Virus record (IMG/VR): IMGVR_UViG_3300030108_005940
Location: 64,001 to 128,000 of that record
Strand: one strand, 5' to 3'
Length of the DNA: 64,000 nt
Origin: a virus
How positions within the stretch are numbered: position 1 is the stretch's first letter; every line of letters begins with the position of its first letter. The notes beneath the pieces are model-generated. The model was not told where the DNA came from. It saw only the letters and a program-made list of their open reading frames with translations, and searched no databases. The position numbers were made by a program, and so were the translations under genes. Below are positions 18,298 to 26,299 of this stretch, piece after piece.

Positions 18298-19502
18298 AAA
18301 AATTTAAATTATATTTTGAAGATTACTTAGAGCTTCTAGAAGAAGCTAAAGCTAATACTCACTTAACACATCTTGAAGAATTAATTCTTACCAAGGGAGC
18401 TGGGGGATATGATCAAGCTAAAGGCTTTTTAGTTAATTTACTAGGTCATCTACAAGGAAAGAGTAAGAGAAAGATCGGTACTACGGTAAAATGGGATGGA
18501 GCGCCTGCTATTTTTGCAGGTAAACATCCAGAAACTGGTAAATTTTTTGTTGGTACTAAATCTATCTTTAATAGAGAGCCTAAAATTAACTATACTGAGC
18601 AAGATATTGAAGTTAACCATGGACACGCTCCTGGTTTAGCAGATAAACTTAAAAAGGCTTTAAAATATCTACCTAAATTAGGTATTAAAAACATTGTACA
18701 AGGGGACTTTATGTTTGATTCTTCTTCTGTAAAGAAAGAAAACATCGATGGTGAGGTACATTACACTTTTCAACCAAATACAATTAAGTATGCTGTAGAA
18801 GCTGACTCAGATTTAGGTAAGCAAATAGCTAACTCTGTGTTTGGTATTATATTTCACACTGAATATGATGGTTTAGATAGTCCTGCATCATTTGGTGCCA
18901 AGGTAAACAAATTAAAGAAGGTACCAGGTGTATGGTTTGATGATGCTTTCTTTAAAGATGATACAGGGGTAGTAAATTTAACTAAAGATGAAGTAAAGCA
19001 GGTTAGAGATTTAATAAAAACTGCTGATTCTATCAAAATAGATTACAAAGACTTACCTTCAGATCTTCTCAACCCTTATATTAATACGGAGATTCGAGAA
19101 GGTAAGTTCTTAAATGATCCAGAAGAGTCTTATAGGAACTTTATTGATTGGTATACATCTAGAATTAAAAAAGAAATAGATAAGAGAAAATCTGTACGAG
19201 GTAAGCAAAGATTAGAAGAAACACTTAAGCAAAAAACGGCTCAGTTTGAAGCTCAAAAAGATGATATAGTTAATTTGTTTAAAGTAAGTAGTTTACTATC
19301 ACAAGCTAAACAAATCTTTATTAACAAGTATAATAATGCTGTATATAATACAAAGCACTTTATCGATGAAGGTGAAGGTGTATTGAGAGTTACTTCTCCG
19401 GAGGGATATGTAGCAGTTGATAGGGATGGTAATGCTGTTAAGCTTGTTAACCGGTTAGATTTTAGTTCAGCTAACTTTCAAAAAGATAAGCCCGGGTCAT
19501 GA
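18294..19502 (+). CDS. DUF6267-like protein with RNA-ligase/nucleotidyltransferase motifs
   Basis: NTHLTHLEE, TVKWDGAPA (KxDG), QGD, EGYV, VKLVNR. Confidence 0.65.
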   Translation: MKKFKLYFEDYLELLEEAKANTHLTHLEELILTKGAGGYDQAKGFLVNLLGHLQGKSKRKIGTTVKWDGAPAIFAGKHPETGKFFVGTKSIFNREPKINYTEQDIEVNHGHAPGLADKLKKALKYLPKLGIKNIVQGDFMFDSSSVKKENIDGEVHYTFQPNTIKYAVEADSDLGKQIANSVFGIIFHTEYDGLDSPASFGAKVNKLKKVPGVWFDDAFFKDDTGVVNLTKDEVKQVRDLIKTADSIKIDYKDLPSDLLNPYINTEIREGKFLNDPEESYRNFIDWYTSRIKKEIDKRKSVRGKQRLEETLKQKTAQFEAQKDDIVNLFKVSSLLSQAKQIFINKYNNAVYNTKHFIDEGEGVLRVTSPEGYVAVDRDGNAVKLVNRLDFSSANFQKDKPGS

Positions 19503-20038
19503 GGACATTTAAGGAGTATTTCGAAGATATGGAGACGAGAGTGGATAGAATCGCTCTACTCCCGGGTGGTTTTAAACCTCCAACAAAGGGTCATTTTAAT
19601 GCTTTGAGGTATTTACTTGATGATGCTGATCGTGGTGTTGTATTTATTGGTGGTAAGGAGCGTGAAGGTATTACACCTGAGCAATCTGAGCAAATATGGA
19701 ACATATATACAAAGTATGTTGATAAGCCTGTTGAAGTTGTATATGTACCTAATCCAGTAAGAGCTGTATATGATTTTGCTGATAATAATTTAGACAAGAC
19801 TTTGCTCGTTGGCGCTGGTGAAAAGGACGAAGATGTTAAACGTTATAAATATTTTTTAGATAATGTTGAAAAATACCCCTACGTTAATGTAGTAAAGATA
19901 CCTATGCAAGAAGAAGGTATATCAGGTAGTGATACTAGAAAAATGATACAACAAGATATAGATGATGCATTAGATTATTTTGTACCTGATAATGTATCCA
20001 TTGAAGATAGAGATCAAATAAAAGCTATACTAGCATAA
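19499..20038 (+). CDS. HIGH-superfamily cytidylyl/adenylyltransferase-like protein
   Basis: PGGFKPPTKGH and ISGSDTR motifs; N-terminus MRTFKEYFE. Confidence 0.8.
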   Translation: MRTFKEYFEDMETRVDRIALLPGGFKPPTKGHFNALRYLLDDADRGVVFIGGKEREGITPEQSEQIWNIYTKYVDKPVEVVYVPNPVRAVYDFADNNLDKTLLVGAGEKDEDVKRYKYFLDNVEKYPYVNVVKIPMQEEGISGSDTRKMIQQDIDDALDYFVPDNVSIEDRDQIKAILA

Positions 20039-20046
20039 ATAATAAT

Positions 20047-20481
20047 ATGAGAGATAAGAAGCGTAAAGAATTAGCTATGCTTGAAGAAGCCTATACAAAG
20101 GTTAATGAAAATTTAGGACCAGCAGCTCTTACTGCTTCAGTACCAGGTGTAAGTCAAATGCCTTTAGTAGTTGCACAAGAACCTGTTGAAGACGAAAGTT
20201 GTGGTGAATATGATCAATCAGAAATTGATATGGCGGGTAGAGATTTACTTAAAGCACAAGAGTACGCAGCTAAGTTAACCGCTATGGTACAGCAGGTTCC
20301 AGGTTTAGATGGATGGGTTTCCGCTAAGATAACAAAAGCTTCAGATTATCTTTCCTCTGTATACCATTTTCTCGATTATGAGTTACGCGAAAAACCACAA
20401 GAAGTTGTTGTAGATGTAGAGGAGATTGAAGCTCCAGTAGACGTCTTTAATGTTGGGTATGAAGAAGCAGAAACCACTTGA
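20047..20481 (+). CDS. Putative internal head protein
   Basis: TAAATA-N5-ATG; MA..L..A..YA..L...LDGWVSAKITKASDYL module of the kind seen in T4-like phage proteins. Confidence 0.5.
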   Translation: MRDKKRKELAMLEEAYTKVNENLGPAALTASVPGVSQMPLVVAQEPVEDESCGEYDQSEIDMAGRDLLKAQEYAAKLTAMVQQVPGLDGWVSAKITKASDYLSSVYHFLDYELREKPQEVVVDVEEIEAPVDVFNVGYEEAETT

Positions 20482-20505
20482 CCTGATTCATAAATAGCAG
20501 TTGTT

Positions 20506-20946
20506 ATGAAGAAGTTTAACCAATTTTTTATAGAAAAACAAGTCTTAGGATTAATAGAATTCTTTGATGTGGATGGTGTTGGTAAAATTCCTTCAAAGCT
20601 TGATTCCGGTAATGGTGCATATAACGTTATACATGGTGAAGATATACAAATACAGGGTAATAAAGTATTGTTTAGAACAGTAAATAACAAACACCTTATA
20701 AAAGATAAAATAGACGATATTGTTATTAACGTAGGTGCAGGTAATACAGAAGAAAGACCTGTAGTTAACTTCGATCTTAAAATAGGTAATAAAGAGTTTA
20801 AAGATATTCCTTTCTCAGTTGGTAATAGAGAGAGTAACTTATTTAAAATATTAGTAAGTAAAGAATTTATTGAAAAGGAACTCGATGCTCTTATTGACGT
20901 GAGTCAGGAAAATATTGCAGGTAAAGATATTGAAGCTAATTACTAA
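20506..20946 (+). CDS. Retropepsin-like (RimK-associated Zn_protease family) aspartic protease
   Basis: KLDSGNGA catalytic D-S-G, ERPVV, R..LFKILV; N-terminus MKKFNQFFIE. Confidence 0.75.
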   Translation: MKKFNQFFIEKQVLGLIEFFDVDGVGKIPSKLDSGNGAYNVIHGEDIQIQGNKVLFRTVNNKHLIKDKIDDIVINVGAGNTEERPVVNFDLKIGNKEFKDIPFSVGNRESNLFKILVSKEFIEKELDALIDVSQENIAGKDIEANY

Positions 20947-21473
20947 AACCAAGTAGGTTTCCAGCGTAATGTCCAAGTAGCAAAGTCTTTATCATGACGA
21001 ATATACTCTCTATATTTGTCAATTGTAGAAAGATTATCAAAACCTTCTACTTTTCTACAATCGCAATCATTGCTGATAGCTAAAGCATAATCGGTTAAAC
21101 CAGTTTTACTCATAATTGTATTATGAATATTTTGACCACACCACTCAATAAACGTTTTTGTAAAATGCTCTTTAGATTCAGGCCACCTATACATACGTTC
21201 AGTAAACATTTCCAGCGTATGGTCAACTAACCATATAAAGTTATCTTTAGTTTCTCTTGCCCATATAGAACATTGATGGTTGAAATAACCTTTACCTCTT
21301 CTTCGAGGTTTTCCTGTTGAAGTTCTAGGAGTAGAAGGATGATCTAACACTTCTTGAGGAAATGCATGTGCTAACATAATAGCTCCTTCAATTTGCATCT
21401 TTGATCTTACATGTTGATCACATAAATTATAAGTAGAGACGATAGGGTCGTCATCCGTTACAAAAATATTCAT
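20943..21473 (-). CDS. Pyrimidine-dimer DNA glycosylase (DenV/Pyr_excise)-like protein
   Basis: MNIF..DDDP...LCDQHV..KM..E...ML; NHQCSIWAR; YREY. Confidence 0.75.
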   Translation of the reverse strand: MNIFVTDDDPIVSTYNLCDQHVRSKMQIEGAIMLAHAFPQEVLDHPSTPRTSTGKPRRRGKGYFNHQCSIWARETKDNFIWLVDHTLEMFTERMYRWPESKEHFTKTFIEWCGQNIHNTIMSKTGLTDYALAISNDCDCRKVEGFDNLSTIDKYREYIRHDKDFATWTLRWKPTWF

Positions 21474-21495
21474 TCCTTTATTGTAGAAATGTTCC

Positions 21496-22545
21496 TTATC
21501 TTAATCCAGTAGATTCAAAAACATCTCTAGTAACACCAGCTTTAAAACCACCTTCAATACCTTTTACAATAACCGATACAGCATTGTGACTATGTAAGCT
21601 TTCGTTATGAGAAGCAACGATCTTAAAGTCTAAAATACGAGATTCATTAGTAAGTTTTTCATAAAGCAATCTAACTGCATCTTCTACAAACTTTAAATAA
21701 GCACCATTCTTTTCAGCAAATGCTTGCTCATCTTCCCTCTTAACCATAACTTGAGTCTCAGTCTGTAAAGCCGCTAGGCATAACTCTTGAATATCTTCAA
21801 TCCAAAGCATATCTTCAAATCTAACACTAACACGAGCAACACTTCTTTGACTATGAGGTACAGTAGCTCTATTACGATATTTTTCAGCATGCTCACTTAA
21901 CTCAAAGCTGCAAGGGCAAGCAGAAGAATAAACAAAATCAAAATGAATATACTTTTTAAATTGACCATCTTTAGTTAAATCACCTTCAAATACTACATCA
22001 TAATACTGATAACCTTCTAAACCACTACGTAAACTATTTTGCTTAATAGGGTAAGATATTTTAAGCATTATTCTAGAATCAAAGCACTTAAGATTATTTT
22101 TATAAGTTTCTAAAACATCTTTAATTTTATCTATACTAAACGTTTCATCTTTATGATCATAAAAACTTCTCATAATACGTGACATATTAATACCTTTCTT
22201 ATGAGCTTCTAAACTAACACTACCTGTTACACTTGTTTCAAGTTCAATAGTTTTACCATTTCTTTTCTTGTATGTTAAAGGTAATTTAAAATTATGTATA
22301 CCAACTTGTTGAATAGGAACTGCTGCTCCTTGAATTAAACTAGAAGGTCCGTTCTGAAGATCAGGTAATGAAGAAATATATTTTTTATTAGCGTTAACTT
22401 TATCATCATAAACTCTAATAGGAGGAAAATAACTCTTGCTATATTCCTCGCCCATTAACTCTTTTGCAATAATATCCTTTTCACCAGTTAGTTCATCATC
22501 TTCACCTAACCATTCATAATTAGTATCTTCTTTACTTTTACTCAT
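21496..22545 (-). CDS. folE2: GTP cyclohydrolase IB
   Basis: LPDLQ, KGINMSR, YSSACPCS, PHSQRS, VKREDEQ, FVEDAVR, ESLHSHNA. Confidence 0.93.
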   Translation of the reverse strand: MSKSKEDTNYEWLGEDDELTGEKDIIAKELMGEEYSKSYFPPIRVYDDKVNANKKYISSLPDLQNGPSSLIQGAAVPIQQVGIHNFKLPLTYKKRNGKTIELETSVTGSVSLEAHKKGINMSRIMRSFYDHKDETFSIDKIKDVLETYKNNLKCFDSRIMLKISYPIKQNSLRSGLEGYQYYDVVFEGDLTKDGQFKKYIHFDFVYSSACPCSFELSEHAEKYRNRATVPHSQRSVARVSVRFEDMLWIEDIQELCLAALQTETQVMVKREDEQAFAEKNGAYLKFVEDAVRLLYEKLTNESRILDFKIVASHNESLHSHNAVSVIVKGIEGGFKAGVTRDVFESTGLR

Positions 22546-22597
22546 GTATATTATTATTATAGTTACAATATTTCTATTTCAAGACTAAATATTGTAG

Positions 22598-23317
22598 ATG
22601 AGTAAACAATCTCAAAAAAAATTATTAAATGAAGGGTTTGGCTCTTTACTTAGAAAGAGCTTAGCTAGCGCTGCACGGGGTGCTGCAGCTGCCGGAGGCG
22701 CTTTAAAAAGTGCATCAGATGCCGGGGTTAAGGCTAGTGTAGGGGGTATTGTACAAGGTGCTAAAGCTGGGTATGAAAAAGAAAAAGAGGCACAAAAAAA
22801 AGCAGTTGGTAAAGATGCTAAATTAAAAAGCTATATAGAGGATTTAGCTTTATTACCTATAGGTTCCTTTCGAGGTTCCGGTGATATAAGAGTTATAGAT
22901 GTAGCTGAGTTGGATTATGATGATGAAACTGGTGAAGAAAAGAAAGGACAAATATTTAGTAAACCTTTAGTAGTTAAATGGGATAAGGATGATAGAGCAT
23001 GGTCTACAGTTAGGTCACCAAAAGGTGAAGAGCAACCAGATATAAAAAAGAAGAAGAAAAAGAAAACTAAAGAAAAAGTTGCCGTATTTAAACCTAATGT
23101 AGGTCAAGAGGTGTTAGTTCGTACAACAAAAGTGCCTACAGGTGAACCCGGAATCGTTAAGCAACTTAACCCAAACGGCCGTATAACAGTAGCTACTGCA
23201 GGTAACAAAGCTGGTTATGCTTTTAATCCAAAAAATGTATTACCTAACCCTAGAGTTAAAAATGAAAATAGTTCCCAAAGAATTCTGCTGAGACAGTTGA
23301 CTTTGCTTATAGACTAA
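22598..23317 (+). CDS. Basic late protein with C-terminal SH3/KOW-like module, putative internal head protein
   Basis: TAAATA-N6-ATG; N-terminal SQKKLLNE; poly-Lys linker. Confidence 0.5.
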   Translation: MSKQSQKKLLNEGFGSLLRKSLASAARGAAAAGGALKSASDAGVKASVGGIVQGAKAGYEKEKEAQKKAVGKDAKLKSYIEDLALLPIGSFRGSGDIRVIDVAELDYDDETGEEKKGQIFSKPLVVKWDKDDRAWSTVRSPKGEEQPDIKKKKKKKTKEKVAVFKPNVGQEVLVRTTKVPTGEPGIVKQLNPNGRITVATAGNKAGYAFNPKNVLPNPRVKNENSSQRILLRQLTLLID

Positions 23318-23368
23318 TTAATTAACCGAGACTGGACGAGGGAGAGCCTTTTAAAATTACTAGTATAG

Positions 23369-23396
23369 TTGATTTTTTTTCCTATCACATTATAAT
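23369..23396 (+). promoter_or_regulatory. Sigma70-type promoter TTGATT-N16-TATAAT, 6 nt before the queD ATG (leaderless)
   Basis: Direct sequence reading. Confidence 0.75.
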
Positions 23397-23402
23397 TATA
23401 TT

Positions 23403-24026
23403 ATGACTTATACATCTTCGAAAGTAATTGAACTTGGCTCTACTGCCTTTCGCCAGCCTAACTCAGACTCACATTGCAGATTTATTCATGGATATCAACT
23501 AAAAGCAGAACTAACGTTTGGTTGCAATAATCTAGATAAAAATAATTGGGTATTTGACTTTGGTGCTCTTAAAGAACTTAAAACAATATTTAATAATCAA
23601 TTTGATCATACTTTAGTTGTTGCAGGTGATGATCCTAAATTAGATCTTCTAACAGCGTTAAATGAAGCAGGTGTTGCAGATCTTCGAATTATGGATGGTG
23701 GTGTTGGAATTGAAAAATTTGCTGAGTGGTGTTTTAAGACTGCAGATACATACGTTGAAGAGACAACAGAAGGTAGAGTCTGGGTTGAAAACGTAACAGT
23801 ATTTGAACATGGTAGTAATTTTGCATCAGTTAGTAAACCAATTGAAAAAGAAACTATTTTTTTAGACGAAGAAGGAACTAAAACAGTTGTACAACCAGAG
23901 GAAGATACAACACCTACACCACAAACACCTTTACAACAAATTCCTAAACCCAAACAAGGAGCTGTTGTAGGCAATAAACCTACGCAAGGTAAAGGTAATT
24001 GGTTTGAAGGTACTACTTGGGGTTAA
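23403..24026 (+). CDS. queD: 6-carboxy-5,6,7,8-tetrahydropterin synthase with C-terminal extension
   Basis: HCRFIHGY, WVFDFG, FDHT, E..A, V.VFE motifs. Confidence 0.88.
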   Translation: MTYTSSKVIELGSTAFRQPNSDSHCRFIHGYQLKAELTFGCNNLDKNNWVFDFGALKELKTIFNNQFDHTLVVAGDDPKLDLLTALNEAGVADLRIMDGGVGIEKFAEWCFKTADTYVEETTEGRVWVENVTVFEHGSNFASVSKPIEKETIFLDEEGTKTVVQPEEDTTPTPQTPLQQIPKPKQGAVVGNKPTQGKGNWFEGTTWG

Positions 24027-24751
24027 GTACCTAATATAGAGCAAATAAATCTCAGTATCTTACTTCTAGAAATTTCTGAATTACCAAATTTAAAAGAAAA
24101 TATATCATTTTCTACACATTTATCATTGTTAAATGAGTTAAATATTTCTTTGTATCCGGATTTATTAACATCAGCTTGATTGCAGTCCCCAATAACTACA
24201 TATCTAGAATCCCTTCCAAATCTTGTTAATATTGTTGTAAGCTCTTTTCTAGATAAATTTTGTGCTTCATCAACAATTACTAATGTTTTGTTAAAGGTTA
24301 AACCTCTAACAAAGTTAACTGGTATAGCTTCAATAGTTCCTTGTTTTTTTAAATTAGAACAAACACCATAACCAGCAATTTCAGTAACTTTTTCATCTAG
24401 AGGTATGGCATATGGAGAAAATTTATCATCAATTTCCCCCGGTAAAGCTCCAAGACTTTTTTCAGCTGATTCAGCTATAGAGCGAATATATACTAGTTTA
24501 TTAAACTCCTCATTACGTATCATCTGTAAACCAGCATAGACTGCAATATATGTCTTCATACTACCAGCTGGTCCATCCACGAAGGCCATTTTTGTATCTT
24601 TATTTCGTATACAATCATAAAACAATTTATGGGCCGGATTAAAATAAAACGGTCGCTTTATCTTAAACGAAAATAAATGGTTATGTTCAAATGCTTCCGC
24701 AAGCTCTAACTCAGAGCTTGCCCGACGTTTACGTGCGGTCTTAACACTCAT
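24023..24751 (-). CDS. phoH: PhoH-like ATPase
   Basis: GPAGSMKT, LGALPG...KFSPY, RGLTF, DEAQN, LTRFG, GD..QAD. Confidence 0.9.
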   Translation of the reverse strand: MSVKTARKRRASSELELAEAFEHNHLFSFKIKRPFYFNPAHKLFYDCIRNKDTKMAFVDGPAGSMKTYIAVYAGLQMIRNEEFNKLVYIRSIAESAEKSLGALPGEIDDKFSPYAIPLDEKVTEIAGYGVCSNLKKQGTIEAIPVNFVRGLTFNKTLVIVDEAQNLSRKELTTILTRFGRDSRYVVIGDCNQADVNKSGYKEIFNSFNNDKCVENDIFSFKFGNSEISRSKILRFICSILGT

Positions 24752-24767
24752 ATATATTATTATTTAG

Positions 24768-24795
24768 TTGAAAAACCACGCGCAACTCATATAAT
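24768..24795 (+). promoter_or_regulatory. Sigma70-type promoter TTGAAA-N16-TATAAT, 7 nt before the queE ATG; heads the sugar operon
   Basis: Direct sequence reading. Confidence 0.7.
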
Positions 24796-24802
24796 TTAAT
24801 AT

Positions 24803-25561
24803 ATGTCTATAGATTGTGATAAAGAAACCTTATTAGTATCAGATGATAAAGCATTCTATACTCTTGAAGGTGAAGGTGAATATGTAGGGATGCCTTCGGT
24901 ATTTTTTAGATTATCAATGTGCAATTTAACATGTCAGGGCTTTGCATCAGAAGATTCACCTCATGGTTGTGATTCATTTATATCTTGGTCTGTTAAAAAT
25001 AAAATGACATTTAATGAAATCTTTCAATATTTCGAAGATCATAATCTTGTTGATAAGTTAAAAGCTGGAGCTATATTTAAAATTACCGGTGGTGAACCGA
25101 TGGTACAGCAAAAAGGCTTACTTAAATTTATGGAAGCTTTTATTAAGAAGTATGAGTTTGGTCCTATTATTGATTTCGAAACTAATGCTACTATTAAGCC
25201 AGATGAAAAGTGGGTTAATCTTTATAGAGCTACTTTTACAACATCACCTAAATTAACTACTAATGGAGATCCAGAGAAAAGGACGTATAAACCTGAAGTA
25301 CTAAAATGGCATAGAGATGTAGGCTCAGGATTTAAGTTCGTTATTTCACAGTCTGAAGATATTGATGAAATATGGCGTAAGTATGTTGAAGATGGTGATG
25401 TAAATATACCTAAACAAAGAGTGTGGTTTATGCCATGTAGTGGTAGTAGAGAGGAGCATGTTAATAAAGCTCCTGCTGTTGCAGAGTATGCTAAGGCAAT
25501 GAACGTTAACTTTTCACCACGTCTACACTTACTGCTCTGGGATATGGCTTTAAAGGTTTAA
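24803..25561 (+). CDS. queE: 7-carboxy-7-deazaguanine synthase (radical SAM)
   Basis: FYTLEGEG..G.PSVFFR, CxxxC-x11-CDS, TGGEP, ETN, SPKL, RLH. Confidence 0.9.
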   Translation: MSIDCDKETLLVSDDKAFYTLEGEGEYVGMPSVFFRLSMCNLTCQGFASEDSPHGCDSFISWSVKNKMTFNEIFQYFEDHNLVDKLKAGAIFKITGGEPMVQQKGLLKFMEAFIKKYEFGPIIDFETNATIKPDEKWVNLYRATFTTSPKLTTNGDPEKRTYKPEVLKWHRDVGSGFKFVISQSEDIDEIWRKYVEDGDVNIPKQRVWFMPCSGSREEHVNKAPAVAEYAKAMNVNFSPRLHLLLWDMALKV

Positions 25562-25576
25562 CGACATATATATAGT

Positions 25577-26299
25577 ATGAGAATTGCATTTTCAGGGACA
25601 GGGAATAGTGGTAAAACAACACTTGTAAAAAGTTTTTTATATACATGGGATAATTATATAACCCCAAAAAAGACTTATAGGGAAGTTTTACAAGAAGAAA
25701 ATTTACCTCATTCTTCAAACACTACTACTGATACACAAGAAAAAATATTGAACTTTATGATTGATCAAGTTCAATCTGCAGATAAAGACAGTAATATTAT
25801 ATATGATAGATGTCCATTAGATAATATTGTTTATTCTTTATGGTGTAATGAAAAGAAGATTGATGGTTTTTCCAATTCATATATTCAAGAGCAAATTGAA
25901 CTTATGAAAGAGTCAATGAGATTTTTAGATATTATATTTTTATGTAGATTTGATGAATCACAGTCTATTGAAGATGATGGAGTAAGAGATATTGATAAAA
26001 ATTTTATAACAGAGATTGATAATATATTTCATTCAATGTATTTACAATATTCTCAAAACCCTGAATCAGATGTGTTTTTTCCAAAGGGTGATTCACCTTG
26101 TATAATTGAATTACCTCACAAAGGACAAGAGAGAATAGATCTTATACAGCAATATATTACTGCAGAAGGTGGTATGTATGGAGATGATGAATCAATTTTT
26201 AATAATATAGATGAATTAGAGCAGTTAGTAACTCAACAAAAAATGGCTTTAGATCAAGAAGAGAAAGAAAGAGAACTATACAAGAAGTTTGGGTTATGA
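25577..26299 (+). CDS. P-loop nucleoside monophosphate kinase-like protein (AAA_28-like)
   Basis: SGTGNSGKTT, YDRCPLD, DDGVR. Confidence 0.7.
   Translation: MRIAFSGTGNSGKTTLVKSFLYTWDNYITPKKTYREVLQEENLPHSSNTTTDTQEKILNFMIDQVQSADKDSNIIYDRCPLDNIVYSLWCNEKKIDGFSNSYIQEQIELMKESMRFLDIIFLCRFDESQSIEDDGVRDIDKNFITEIDNIFHSMYLQYSQNPESDVFFPKGDSPCIIELPHKGQERIDLIQQYITAEGGMYGDDESIFNNIDELEQLVTQQKMALDQEEKERELYKKFGL

Noticed and set aside
13883-20690. Antisense/shadow ORFs (e.g. 13883-14173, 14721-14969, 15049-15495, 16787-17155, 20376-20690)
   Set aside because: Lie wholly or mostly opposite well-supported genes and read as reverse-complement translations rich in S/F/L
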